In this document: in pieces, positions 16,076-25,455 of the stretch
How the letters are laid out: each line of letters begins with the position of its first letter
Numbering within the stretch: position 1 is the stretch's first letter
DNA from: a virus
Lineage: Duplodnaviria > Heunggongvirae > Uroviricota > Caudoviricetes
Strand: one strand, 5' to 3'
IMG/VR virus record: IMGVR_UViG_2571042690_000022
Length of the DNA stretch: 34,937 bases
Position numbers and translations under genes: made by a program
Notes under the pieces: generated by a model
What the model was told of the DNA's origin: nothing
Databases searched by the model: none
The model's input: the letters and a program-made list of their open reading frames with translations, nothing else

Positions 16076-17571
16076 TGGCGAGGGGTATCTGGGTTTCACC
16101 CGATGAATTTGTTGCTTTTTCTGAGCCTCAGAAATCACTGACCGCGCAGATTGCCTCCCGCAGCCGCGCGATCGACTTTTACGGACTGGGCATGTATCTG
16201 CCCAATCCTGATCCCATTCTCAAGGCTCAGGGACGGGATATCCGTATCTACCGCGAACTGCGCACCGACCCGCTGGTCGGGGGCTGTATCCGCAGACGTA
16301 AAGCAGCGCTCAAATCGCTGGAGCGTGGACTGGAGCGTGGTCACGCCTCTGCCCGGGTCTTCCGTTTCATCCGCGACATGCTCGACGATCTGGATCTGTC
16401 CCGCATCATCGGTGAAATGAGCGATGCCGTGCTCTACGGGTATCAGCCCTGTGAAATCATGTGGGGCCGTTCGGTCAGGTCGTGGGCGGTGACGGATATT
16501 GTCGGCAAACCGCCTGAGTGGTTTCAGTTTGATACGGACAACTGCCTGCGCTTTCGGGCGCGTGATGCGGGTGTGGAGGGTGAGCTGCTGTCACCGTCAA
16601 AATTCGTGGTGCCGGCACAGGATGCCTCGTATGACAATCCTTACGGTTTCCCGGACCTGTCCATGTGCTTCTGGCCGGTCGCCTTCAAGAAAGGCGGGAT
16701 GAAATTCTGGCTCCGCTTTGCCGAAAAGTTTGGCTCCCCGTGGGTGATCGGTAAGCACCCGAGGGGCGCAAATGATGCAGAGATTGAAAAACTGCTGGAC
16801 TCCATGGAGCAGATGGTGGAGGACGCGGTGGCCGCCATCCCCGATGACAGCAGTATTGAGCTCAGGGCAGCGGATGGCAAGGCAGACAGCAGCGAGGTAT
16901 TTCGCGAGCTGATCACACTGTCACGCAGTGAGATCTCCATTGCATTACTCGGTCAGAATCAGACCACGGAAGCGAACAGTAACAAGGCCTCTGCACAGGC
17001 CGGGCTGGAGGTAACGGCTGATATCCGCGATGCGGATGCGGACATCATTCAGGCGGCAGTGAATCAGGTCATCAGAACGGTGGTCACCCTGAACTTCGGC
17101 GATGTGCCGTGTCCGGTCTGGGCCATGTGGGAACAGGAGGCCATTGATGACACCCGTGCCACCCGCGACGAAAAACTCACCCGGGCGGGTCTGCGTCTGA
17201 CCCCGCAGTACTTCAAGCGTGAGTACCAACTGCAGGACGGCGATATTGACGAGACACCACCGTCGGAACGCCAGAATAACATGCTGCCGCTGTCATTTGC
17301 CGAGGCGATTGATGCTGATATTCAGGCTCAGCAGCAGCTTGACGACGCGCTGGACATTCTGATGAACGGAGGCGCGTTAAATGGCACGCTGGAACCCGTC
17401 CTGGCACCTCTGTTCAGGCGGGTCGAAAACGGGGTTAACCCGTCTGAGCTGCTGGGCGAACTGGCGGAGCTCTACCCTCAGATGAACACGGACGATCTGC
17501 AGGAGCGGCTGGCCCGCATTCTCTTTGTGGCAAATATCCGGGGACGTCTGCATGAGCGTGACAACGGCTGA
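16075..17571 (+). CDS. portal protein (Mu gp29-like, DUF935)
   Basis: 498 aa immediately after terminase, TGATG start/stop overlap; size and position typical of Mu-type portal. Confidence 0.8.
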   Translation: MARGIWVSPDEFVAFSEPQKSLTAQIASRSRAIDFYGLGMYLPNPDPILKAQGRDIRIYRELRTDPLVGGCIRRRKAALKSLERGLERGHASARVFRFIRDMLDDLDLSRIIGEMSDAVLYGYQPCEIMWGRSVRSWAVTDIVGKPPEWFQFDTDNCLRFRARDAGVEGELLSPSKFVVPAQDASYDNPYGFPDLSMCFWPVAFKKGGMKFWLRFAEKFGSPWVIGKHPRGANDAEIEKLLDSMEQMVEDAVAAIPDDSSIELRAADGKADSSEVFRELITLSRSEISIALLGQNQTTEANSNKASAQAGLEVTADIRDADADIIQAAVNQVIRTVVTLNFGDVPCPVWAMWEQEAIDDTRATRDEKLTRAGLRLTPQYFKREYQLQDGDIDETPPSERQNNMLPLSFAEAIDADIQAQQQLDDALDILMNGGALNGTLEPVLAPLFRRVENGVNPSELLGELAELYPQMNTDDLQERLARILFVANIRGRLHERDNG

Positions 17572-18373
17572 ACTGGCGTACTGCATGACGCTTCCCCCGA
17601 AGCGGGCAATCAACTACCTGAAGTCCAAAGGATATCAGATTACCTGGGACTGGGAAGAAATGTGGCAGGAGGCCCATGCCCGCGCCTTTACCGTTGCTAA
17701 AGTGACCCGCCTGGATATCCTGGAAGATATTCGCGGGGCACTGCAGCAGGCTGTCGATGAAGGAAAAACCGATCGCTGGTTCCGGCAGGAGCTGGAGCCG
17801 GTGCTGAAGCGTAAGGGATGGTGGGGACCACGTGACACGACTGACCCGGTAACGGGTGAGCCGGTCACCATTCAGCAGGGCAGTCCGTGGCGGCTCGATA
17901 CCATCTTTCGCACCAATATGTCCGTACTCTACAGCGCCGGTCGTTGGGCGGAACAGATGGAAAACGTCGACGACAGGCCGTACTGGATGTATACCGGCAT
18001 CAACGACAGCCATACCCGCAGGAGCCATCTGGCGCTGCATGGTCTGGTGCTGCGCTGGGATGACCCGTTCTGGCAGGCATTTTACCCGCCGAACGGCTGG
18101 CGCTGCCGCTGTAGTGTTATTGCCCTGAGTGCGGCGGATGTACGTGCCCGTGGCCTGAAGGTTATCAGCTCCGGCTCTGCCATGGGCCAGGAACTGAAAC
18201 TGGTCTCAGAGAAAACCGGCGAAATGCGGAACGTGGCCACCTTTAATACCGGCACCACGAAGGTGACCACCGACGTCGGCTGGTCTTATGCTCCGGGGGC
18301 AGCATACCGTCCCGACCTGGCCCGCTATCAGGGTACGCTTCAGCCACTGGCACAACAGGAACTGAGAGGATAA
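17552..18373 (+). CDS. head morphogenesis protein (Mu F-like, gp30)
   Basis: ATG 17552 (MSVTTAELAY...) chosen; position after the portal; conserved C-terminal region with WRCRCSV motif. Confidence 0.7.
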   Translation: MSVTTAELAYCMTLPPKRAINYLKSKGYQITWDWEEMWQEAHARAFTVAKVTRLDILEDIRGALQQAVDEGKTDRWFRQELEPVLKRKGWWGPRDTTDPVTGEPVTIQQGSPWRLDTIFRTNMSVLYSAGRWAEQMENVDDRPYWMYTGINDSHTRRSHLALHGLVLRWDDPFWQAFYPPNGWRCRCSVIALSAADVRARGLKVISSGSAMGQELKLVSEKTGEMRNVATFNTGTTKVTTDVGWSYAPGAAYRPDLARYQGTLQPLAQQELRG

Positions 18374-18375
18374 CA

Positions 18376-18834
18376 ATGGCTTCCGATAACCTGGTCAGTA
18401 TCACCATTAACGATAAGTCCCTGCGCCGGAGCCTCCGTGCGCTGGATCTTGCTGCCACAGACCTGGAGCCCGCGATGCGCAAAATCGCCGGAACCCTGCT
18501 GGCGGAAACACAGTTTAACTTTCTTGATGAGGGGCGTCCGGGGTGGATGCCCTCGCTGGCAGCGGAAGAACGTGACGGGCAGACACTGCAGGATACCGGG
18601 CGTCTGATGGGGTCAGTATCAACCGACCATGACGACCGGCAGGCTGTTGTGGGGACCAACGTTGTTTACGGTGCCATTCACCAGTTCGGGGGTAAAACGG
18701 GGCGTAATGAGTCTGTTGAACTTCCGGCCCGCCCGTTCCTGCCGGTGACGGGGGATGGAGAACTACAGCCTGAAGTGGTAATCCCCATCCTCGATACCAT
18801 TGTCCGCCATCTTGAATCAGCGGCCCGTCGCTGA
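18376..18834 (+). CDS. virion morphogenesis protein (Mu G-like, gp31)
   Basis: 152 aa; position and size match Mu G; followed by a 214-bp intergenic gap. Confidence 0.65.
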   Translation: MASDNLVSITINDKSLRRSLRALDLAATDLEPAMRKIAGTLLAETQFNFLDEGRPGWMPSLAAEERDGQTLQDTGRLMGSVSTDHDDRQAVVGTNVVYGAIHQFGGKTGRNESVELPARPFLPVTGDGELQPEVVIPILDTIVRHLESAARR

Positions 18835-18879
18835 GTTTTCTCTCTTCAGGCGGGTGATTTATCATTGCCAGCGAATGAG

Positions 18880-18922
18880 GGGCTGTATTACCTTTATAAA
18901 GGCTTTACAGCCTCTGTTTTAT
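18880..18922 (+). terminator. terminator-like imperfect hairpin after gene G
   Basis: GGCTGTA (18881-18887) pairs with TACAGCC (18906-18912) around an internal CCTTTATAAAGG palindrome, followed by TCTGTTTTAT. Confidence 0.4.
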
Positions 18923-18975
18923 AACCGCCTCCGGTTCACCGCATTGCTTTCCCTGTCCTTCTCCCCTGATGTTTT

Positions 18976-18993
18976 CTAAAGCAGATTAAAATC
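18976..18993 (+). promoter_or_regulatory. late-promoter motif copy 2 (CTAAAGCAGATTAAAATC) upstream of gene I
   Basis: Same 18-bp architecture as copy 1; followed at identical spacing (23 nt) by the shared octamer CTGTCTCC (19017-19024; copy 1 has it at 11550-11557). Confidence 0.45.
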
Positions 18994-19048
18994 GCCGGGC
19001 CTGCATTTCTCACAAACTGTCTCCGACAACATAACGCGGGACAGCAAA

Positions 19049-20164
19049 ATGTCAGCCATTCACATTTTTAAAGCCGGTACTCATACCGATATGCACGGCA
19101 AAAAACTGCCGTTCACGCCAGACGATCTTGCCGCCTGCGTGAAAGCCTATGACCCGTCCGTCCATGAAGCACCACTCGTGATTGGTCATCCCAGAACGGA
19201 AGACCCGGCGTGGGGCTGGGTGAAAGCCCTGTCGCTCAGCGGCGTCGATCTGATGGCAGAGCCTGCCCAGCTGGACCCGCAGTTTGCTGAGATGGTCACC
19301 GACGGACGATTCAAAAAAGTGTCCGCCTCTTTCTACCTCCCGGATTCACCGTCCAATCCGAAGCCCGGCGTGCTCTACCTTCGCCATGTGGGCTTTCTCG
19401 GGGCACAGCCACCTTCCGTCAAGGGGCTGAAACAGGTGTCCTTCAGTGAGCAGGAAGAAGGTGTGGTGGAGTTCGCCGACTGGCAGGCCATCACGAATGC
19501 CTCCCTGTGGGGAAAGCTGCGCGATTTTCTGATCGCCCGCTTCAGTCTGGACGAGGCAGAAAAAGTCCTGCCGGAATGGCAGCTCAACAGTCTGCGCGAA
19601 GAGGCGTACCGCGACACACTGTCGCAGGATGCAGCAGGTGCACAATTCAGTGAGACAGGCCCGGGGCCGTCTTCCGCAAGTAACGAGGAATCATCGATGA
19701 CAAAAGAAGAGATTGAAGCCCTTCAGGAGGAGAACCGCCGCCTGAAGCAGCAGGCTGCTGATCGCGATGCGCGTGATGCACAGGTCAGACAGGAGCAACT
19801 GCATAAGGACAATGTGGCCTTTGCAGAAAAACTGGTCGCAGAGGGCCGTCTGGCTCCCCGCGCCTCCTCCGTGGTGGTTGCCCTGCTGGATGCCGTCGCC
19901 GGTGGCGACAAGCCGGTGGAGTTTGCTGAGGGGGAAAGCCGCACACCGCTGGCCACCGCCTTTCGTTCATTGCTCTCCGACGGGGAGCCGGTGATGAATT
20001 TCGCCGAACAGGCCACAAAAGAGCGTGTCGGCGACACGGTGAAGGTGGATGTGGCAGAGTTTGCGGAAGCCGATCCTGAGCGTCTGGCCCTGCATCAGAA
20101 AGCAGTGGCCCTGTCCAAAAAAGAAGGCATCAGCTATGAGGCTGCTGTCGCACGCTGCCTGTAA
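19049..20164 (+). CDS. head protease/scaffold protein (Mu I-like)
   Basis: 371 aa; N-terminal region resembles Mu I; C-terminal helical charged region typical of scaffold; position before the major capsid. Confidence 0.7.
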   Translation: MSAIHIFKAGTHTDMHGKKLPFTPDDLAACVKAYDPSVHEAPLVIGHPRTEDPAWGWVKALSLSGVDLMAEPAQLDPQFAEMVTDGRFKKVSASFYLPDSPSNPKPGVLYLRHVGFLGAQPPSVKGLKQVSFSEQEEGVVEFADWQAITNASLWGKLRDFLIARFSLDEAEKVLPEWQLNSLREEAYRDTLSQDAAGAQFSETGPGPSSASNEESSMTKEEIEALQEENRRLKQQAADRDARDAQVRQEQLHKDNVAFAEKLVAEGRLAPRASSVVVALLDAVAGGDKPVEFAEGESRTPLATAFRSLLSDGEPVMNFAEQATKERVGDTVKVDVAEFAEADPERLALHQKAVALSKKEGISYEAAVARCL

Positions 20165-20178
20165 TTTAAGGAGAGAGC

Positions 20179-21132
20179 ATGTCTGATTACTTAAAAGGTA
20201 AACGTGTCGTTGATCCGGTACTGACCAGTATCGCCCGTGGCTATAAAAATGCCGCATTCATCGGCGAACGTATTTTCCCCGTCGTGCTGACGGACAAGGA
20301 AGGCGTGCGTGTACCGACCTTCGGGAAAACCGCCTTTGTGGAATATGACACCGAGCGTGCCGTCGGGGCGGACAGCAATGTTCTGGTCCGTGAAAAAACA
20401 GGCACGCTGGACCTGGTGCTGGGTGAACACGATCTGGCTGCGCCGGTGGACTATCGCGAGCAGGCGGAGTCCATGTTTAACGAAGAGAGCAAGGCCATCC
20501 GTCGCGCCACGAATGGCGTGAACCTGCGCCGTGAACTTATCGCTGCCCGTCTGGCTCAGGATGAAAAGGTCTACCGTACCGGGCACGTCAAAAAACTGAC
20601 AGCCAGTGATCGCTGGGCCGGTGGTAAGGGGGACCCCATCGGGGTGATTGAAGCCGGTATGGAAGCGGTCCGTACGGCCACGGGGCTGCGTCCTAACCTG
20701 ATGACCATGGGGGCCGGCGTGATGGCGCTGCTGAAGTTCCACCCGGCGATTCAGGCCGCCATCGGAGCCAACGAACGCAAGCGCATCACCACAGAAATCC
20801 TGCAGGACCTCTTTCAGATCGAAGAGATCGTCATCGGTGCCCCAGTCTCCCTGCCGTCCATGAAAGCGGCAATGGATAAGAACAGCGTGCCGGCGGATAT
20901 CTGGGGAGACAATCTGATGCTGCACTATGTCGGCAAACCGCAGCCGGGGGCGGACAGCGCGGACGAGAACGAGCCGTCCTTCGGCTACACCCTGCGTCGT
21001 AAGGGGATGCCTGTTGCCGACAAATACGACGGAGCCGGTGGCAAGGTGAAGTACTGCCGTTATACCGATATCTACAAAGTCGCCGTGGTTGGTGGCGATG
21101 CCGGGTATCTCATTACCGGTATCAGTAAATAA
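20179..21132 (+). CDS. major capsid protein (Mu T-like)
   Basis: 317 aa; AAGGAG RBS; position after protease/scaffold; size typical of Mu-type major head subunit. Confidence 0.8.
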   Translation: MSDYLKGKRVVDPVLTSIARGYKNAAFIGERIFPVVLTDKEGVRVPTFGKTAFVEYDTERAVGADSNVLVREKTGTLDLVLGEHDLAAPVDYREQAESMFNEESKAIRRATNGVNLRRELIAARLAQDEKVYRTGHVKKLTASDRWAGGKGDPIGVIEAGMEAVRTATGLRPNLMTMGAGVMALLKFHPAIQAAIGANERKRITTEILQDLFQIEEIVIGAPVSLPSMKAAMDKNSVPADIWGDNLMLHYVGKPQPGADSADENEPSFGYTLRRKGMPVADKYDGAGGKVKYCRYTDIYKVAVVGGDAGYLITGISK

Positions 21133-21141
21133 GGAGGCGTT

Positions 21142-21480
21142 ATGGGAACCACTCAGCAGGTCATTCTGATCACAACCGTAACGGCAGGGGCAGCACTGGC
21201 ACAGCAGCGTTTTGTCGGGGCAGATAATACCCCCTGTAAAGCCGGTGCCGCAGCGCTCGGGGTTGCCGAAGTGGATGCTGTTACCGGCGACAGCACGCCG
21301 GTGAGCGTTCTGGGCATTATTGCTGTCGAGGCCGGGGCCGCTGTCAGCCGTGGTGTGGCTGTTCAGTCAGATGCTCAGGCCAGAGCCGTGCCGCAGTCCG
21401 GCGACGGTAAATCCTGTGGTATTGCACTTGATGAAGCCGGGGGTGAAGGCGACGTCATTCGTATCCTGCGCGGGGTGTGA
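21142..21480 (+). CDS. DUF2190-like small head protein
   Basis: 112 aa, Gly/Ala/Val-rich; immediately after the major capsid as in Mu-like phages. Confidence 0.5.
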   Translation: MGTTQQVILITTVTAGAALAQQRFVGADNTPCKAGAAALGVAEVDAVTGDSTPVSVLGIIAVEAGAAVSRGVAVQSDAQARAVPQSGDGKSCGIALDEAGGEGDVIRILRGV

Positions 21481-21481
21481 C

Positions 21482-21928
21482 ATGTACTGCACCCTGGAGG
21501 ATTTGCTTGCGCAGGTGCCGGAGCGGACGCTTATCGAGCTCACCAGTGAAGAGATGGACTTCGACTCACCTGCAACAGTGAATACCCGTGTGGTGGACAG
21601 CTGTATCCGCTATGCCGACGAGCTGATTGATGCCCATCTGCGCGGACGCTATATCCTGCCACTGGCAGAGATACCGACTGTTCTGCGGGACATTGCCATC
21701 ACGCTGGTCCGTTACCGGCTCTACGCCCGCCGCCCGGAAGGTGACCTCCCGGATACGGTGAAGGATGACCACAAAGAAGCGCTGCGGCAACTCAGGGAGT
21801 TACGTGATAACAGGCTCACGCTGGGGCTGCCGTCCACTCAGAAAGATGTGCCTGAGCCTGGCGAGTTTCGTGTACGCAGTCGCCCGGCCACTTTCGGCGG
21901 TCGTGACGGTTTACTGGAGAAATACTGA
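21482..21928 (+). CDS. Mu gp36-like protein (DUF1320), head-tail connector candidate
   Basis: Start set to ATG 21482 just after the upstream stop (148 aa); conserved synteny. Confidence 0.5.
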   Translation: MYCTLEDLLAQVPERTLIELTSEEMDFDSPATVNTRVVDSCIRYADELIDAHLRGRYILPLAEIPTVLRDIAITLVRYRLYARRPEGDLPDTVKDDHKEALRQLRELRDNRLTLGLPSTQKDVPEPGEFRVRSRPATFGGRDGLLEKY

Positions 21929-22392
21929 TGAACGTTCTGCCCGTCCTTGATGCGGTACTGGCCCGGTTACGCGAGAAGCTGCCGCAACTGCAGGTGGAGT
22001 ACTTCCCGGAGAAACCGGCTGAATATCGCCTGAACCATCCGGTTGGCGCGTTGCTGTTGAGCTATGCCGGTTCGCGCTTTGACAGGCCGGATGATACCGG
22101 TGCGGTGATCCAGTCTCAGACTATCCAGCTCTGCGTCACGGTGGTCTTCCGCCAGCTCAACGGTAAAAAAGGGGCGATTAATGTCCTGGATGCTGTCCGC
22201 CGCATTCTCGGTGGCCACACCCCGCCCGGCTGCCGCCGCCGTATCTGGCTGACCCGCGAGGTGTTTATCGGTGAAGTCAGGGGGCTGTGGCAGTACGCCC
22301 TCGACTTCGCGACTGAAAGCGTCTTTATCGAAGACAGCGATTTACCGTCCGGCCCGCTGTTAACCGAAGTGAACTATGAGGAAAGCGAGTGA
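21928..22392 (+). CDS. Mu gp37-like protein (DUF1834)
   Basis: 154 aa, coupled start; synteny. Confidence 0.5.
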   Translation: MNVLPVLDAVLARLREKLPQLQVEYFPEKPAEYRLNHPVGALLLSYAGSRFDRPDDTGAVIQSQTIQLCVTVVFRQLNGKKGAINVLDAVRRILGGHTPPGCRRRIWLTREVFIGEVRGLWQYALDFATESVFIEDSDLPSGPLLTEVNYEESE

Positions 22393-22643
22393 TGAAAGAA
22401 TACCGCTATTCCGGCCCGGCCAGCGGCGTCACGCTGTCGGACGGAACCGAAATCCTGCTCTGGCCGGGGAAGACGGTTTCCCTGCCGGAGGAGCATGACT
22501 ACGTGAAGGTACTGGTGGCGCTGAAACATCTGACGCCGGTACCTGAAGAGACTAAACCCGCCGGCACACCGGCTGTGCAGTCACCAAAGCGCAGAAGCAG
22601 CAGTGACAGCGAAGTGAAAACGGAGGACACCCATGGCAGCTAA
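22389..22643 (+). CDS. hypothetical small late protein
   Basis: 84 aa with low-complexity C-terminus; directly upstream of the tail sheath. Confidence 0.45.
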   Translation: MMKEYRYSGPASGVTLSDGTEILLWPGKTVSLPEEHDYVKVLVALKHLTPVPEETKPAGTPAVQSPKRRSSSDSEVKTEDTHGS

Positions 22644-24060
22644 CTATCTGCATGGTCCCGAAACCATTGAGGTGGAAAACGGTGCCCGCCCGGTTAAAAC
22701 GGTGAAATCTGCCGTTATTGGCCTGATTGGTACCGCCCCGATGGGGGATGTCAATACGCTGGTACAGTGCCTGTCTGAGAAAGACGCAGCGGCATTTGGC
22801 AGCCAGTTCACCGGCTTTACCATTCCGCAGGCGCTGGATGCGATTTATGACCATGGTGCAGGCACCGTTCTGGTCATTAACGTCCTCGACCCGGCGAAAC
22901 ATAAAACGGCGATCGAGGATGAGGTGGTTACCTTTGACAAATCGACAGGGCAGGCCAGACTGGCGCATCCGGTTGTCGCTAATGTGGTGGTGAAAAACAG
23001 TGAAGGCAGCACCACCCACACGGCGAACACGGACTACCGTGTTGATGCGCAGGCGGGTGTGCTCACGAACCTGGGCAAGGCTATTGAGGCCGGTGGCAGC
23101 GTGAAGGTGAGCTATGAGTACGCGGACCCGTCGAAGGTGACTGCGGCGGACATCATCGGCGGGGTGAACAGCGCCGGAAACCGAACCGGCATGAAGCTGC
23201 TTAACGACAGCTTCAACCTGTACGGCTATTTCGCCAAAATTCTGATTGCGCCGGTGTTCTGCACCCAGAAGAGTGTCGCAGTTGAGCTTATCGCCATGGC
23301 AGAGAAGCTGGGCGCGGTAACCTACATTGATGCGCCTGTCGGTACCACCTTTGCACAGGCTCTGGCAGGTCGTGGCCCGGAAGGCACCATCAACTTCAAT
23401 ACCAGCTCCGACCGCGTCCGTCTGTGCTATCCGCATGTGAAGGTATATGACCCGGTGACAAACACAGAGCGTCTGGAGCCGCTCAGCCAGCGTGCAGCAG
23501 GTCTGCGTGCCAGAGTCGATCTGGACAAGGGCTACTGGTGGTCATCCTCCAATCAGGAGATTCTGGGGATCACCGGCGTGGAGCGCCAGCTGTCCGCGAT
23601 GATTGATGACCCGCAGAGTGAGGTGAACCTGCTTAACGAACAGGGGATCACCACGGTATTCAGCAGTTACGGCAGCGGCCTTCGTCTGTGGGGTAACCGG
23701 ACGGCAGCATGGCCAACGGTCACCCATATGCGTAACTTTGAGAACGTTCGCCGCACCGGTGATGTGATCAACGAGTCCATTCGTTATTTCAGCCAGCAGT
23801 ACATCGACATGCCGATTACTCAGGCGCTGATTGATGCACTGACGGAGTCGGTCAACGCCTACGGTCGCAAAATGACTGGTGATGGTGCGGTACTGGGCTT
23901 CCGTTGCTGGTTTGATCCGGCCCGCAATCCGGAGACGGAGCTGGCCGCCGGGCACCTGTTGCTGAGCTACAAATATACGCCACCACCGCCGCTGGAGCGA
24001 CTGACGTTTGAGACTGAGATCACCTCGGAATACCTGTTAACCCTGAAAGGGGGCAACTGA
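22633..24060 (+). CDS. tail sheath protein (Mu L-like)
   Basis: 475 aa; size, position before the tube gene and conserved C-terminal region typical of contractile tail sheath. Confidence 0.85.
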   Translation: MAANYLHGPETIEVENGARPVKTVKSAVIGLIGTAPMGDVNTLVQCLSEKDAAAFGSQFTGFTIPQALDAIYDHGAGTVLVINVLDPAKHKTAIEDEVVTFDKSTGQARLAHPVVANVVVKNSEGSTTHTANTDYRVDAQAGVLTNLGKAIEAGGSVKVSYEYADPSKVTAADIIGGVNSAGNRTGMKLLNDSFNLYGYFAKILIAPVFCTQKSVAVELIAMAEKLGAVTYIDAPVGTTFAQALAGRGPEGTINFNTSSDRVRLCYPHVKVYDPVTNTERLEPLSQRAAGLRARVDLDKGYWWSSSNQEILGITGVERQLSAMIDDPQSEVNLLNEQGITTVFSSYGSGLRLWGNRTAAWPTVTHMRNFENVRRTGDVINESIRYFSQQYIDMPITQALIDALTESVNAYGRKMTGDGAVLGFRCWFDPARNPETELAAGHLLLSYKYTPPPPLERLTFETEITSEYLLTLKGGN

Positions 24061-24581
24061 TGTCAAAGATTGAGATAAACCGCATCACGAATGCCAACAT
24101 CTATCTGGATGGTACTAACCTGCTGGGACGGGCTGAGGAAGTTAAACTCCCCGATGTCTCCATGATTATGCAGGAACACAAGGCGCTGGGGATGGTGGGT
24201 AAGGTGGAACTCCCGGCTGGTTTTGACAAACTGGAAGGCGAAATCAAATGGAACAGCTTTTACCGCGATGCGATGCTGTCTGCCGCGAACCCGTACAGGT
24301 CGCTGGCACTGCAGTGTCGTTCCAGCGTCCAGCGCTACAGCTCGCAGGGGCTGATTGACGAAATCCCGCTGGTCACCTTCCTGACGATTATGTTCAAGAA
24401 GAACCCGCTGGGGACGTTCAAACAGCACGAGAACGCCGAGTTCTCCAGTAGCTTCACCTGCACGTATATCAGACAGGTACTGGATGGTGAAGAGCTGCTG
24501 CAACTGGACTATCTGGCCAACATCTTCCGGGTCGGCGGTGTTGATCAACTGACTGACTACCGTATCAATATCGGGGGCTGA
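24060..24581 (+). CDS. tail tube protein (Mu M-like)
   Basis: 173 aa immediately after the sheath with overlapping start. Confidence 0.8.
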   Translation: MSKIEINRITNANIYLDGTNLLGRAEEVKLPDVSMIMQEHKALGMVGKVELPAGFDKLEGEIKWNSFYRDAMLSAANPYRSLALQCRSSVQRYSSQGLIDEIPLVTFLTIMFKKNPLGTFKQHENAEFSSSFTCTYIRQVLDGEELLQLDYLANIFRVGGVDQLTDYRINIGG

Positions 24582-24583
24582 CG

Positions 24584-24865
24584 GTGAGTGTTGAACTGAC
24601 GGATAAAGGAGGACGATGTGCGGCACTGGGCATGTCAAATGGTACGTGGTTTACCCTCCTTGATATTCCGGGGGTGGAAACCCTTTTTAATACCCGTAAA
24701 ACCAATGACCCGATTGACTGCACACGTTCAAAGGCCCGCAAACTGGCGGATTTGATTGAAGCATGGGAGCCTCCCGACCACTGGTTCTCCGGCATCGGCA
24801 AATCTGAGGGAAAGACGCTTCTCATCGCTTTCCTGCGTAACTGCAAGGGGTTTCGCACTTGCTGA
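24584..24865 (+). CDS. hypothetical protein between tube and tail chaperone
   Basis: 93-aa ORF followed by a terminator-like hairpin; no motif recognised. Confidence 0.4.
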   Translation: MSVELTDKGGRCAALGMSNGTWFTLLDIPGVETLFNTRKTNDPIDCTRSKARKLADLIEAWEPPDHWFSGIGKSEGKTLLIAFLRNCKGFRTC

Positions 24866-24871
24866 CATCAC

Positions 24872-24896
24872 AGGGGCTCCGGCCCCTTCTTCTTAA
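24872..24896 (+). terminator. terminator-like hairpin after the sheath/tube block
   Basis: AGGGGC (24872-24877), loop TCCG, GCCCCT (24882-24887), then TCTTCTTAATCTCCTTT. Confidence 0.45.
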
Positions 24897-24910
24897 TCTC
24901 CTTTAATATC
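24893..24910 (+). promoter_or_regulatory. late-promoter motif copy 3 (TTAATCTCCTTTAATATC) upstream of tail chaperone
   Basis: Third copy of TTAA-N6-TTAAWATC, 53 nt before ATG 24963. Confidence 0.4.
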
Positions 24911-24962
24911 CGTCACGCGCTTCTCCCGACATACTGCCCTGAACTTACACAGGAGCACAATC

Positions 24963-25298
24963 ATGTCACAGACCCCATCCGATACTTTTAAATTGTCTTA
25001 TCCCTTCACCACTGCTGCAGGCACCAGAATTGAGCTGGTTGAACTGAAACGCCTGACGGTAAAAGACCTGAAGCAGGTGCGCAAAATCAGCAAAAACCCG
25101 GCAGACTGGGACGAACCGCTGATTGCCCGCAGTACTGGTCTTCTCCCGGAGGATCTCGACAATATGGATCTGGCTGATTACCTGCAGTTACAGAAACGAT
25201 TTCAGCTCATCACGGGGATGGGTGAGAGCAACCAGGGCGCTGACGCAGGCGCAGGGGCTGCTGGCGAGATGGTTCCGGTTTCAGCCGGGGGAGATTGA
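24963..25298 (+). CDS. tail assembly chaperone (G-like ORF)
   Basis: 111 aa between tube and tape measure, overlapped by a +1 frame ORF, the conserved two-ORF chaperone arrangement of tailed phages. Confidence 0.5.
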   Translation: MSQTPSDTFKLSYPFTTAAGTRIELVELKRLTVKDLKQVRKISKNPADWDEPLIARSTGLLPEDLDNMDLADYLQLQKRFQLITGMGESNQGADAGAGAAGEMVPVSAGGD

Positions 25299-25380
25299 TG
25301 CCCTCGATACTGACGATCTGGAGATGTGGCTGGAGCAGGCTGAAGAGCAAATCAAAAGCGAGTACGGCGACAAATCATAG
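25123..25380 (+). CDS. tail chaperone frameshift extension (GT-like), +1 frame
   Basis: +1 frame ORF overlapping the chaperone 3' end; a GGGGG run at 25287-25291 three codons before the chaperone stop could mediate a +1 slip; exact site unverified. Confidence 0.4.
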   Translation: MPAVLVFSRRISTIWIWLITCSYRNDFSSSRGWVRATRALTQAQGLLARWFRFQPGEIDALDTDDLEMWLEQAEEQIKSEYGDKS

Positions 25381-25385
25381 TACAG

Positions 25386-25406
25386 ACAGCCGCCAGTAGC
25401 GGCTGT
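25386..25406 (+). terminator. hairpin (attenuator/terminator-like) before tape measure gene
   Basis: ACAGCCGC (25386-25393), loop CAGTA, GCGGCTGT (25399-25406), then pyrimidine-rich tract; tape-measure RBS GGAGG at 25442-25446. Confidence 0.4.
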
Positions 25407-25455
25407 TCTGCGTTATCCCCTCACGTCTTTTCACCTTCCCCGGAGGTTAACCACT

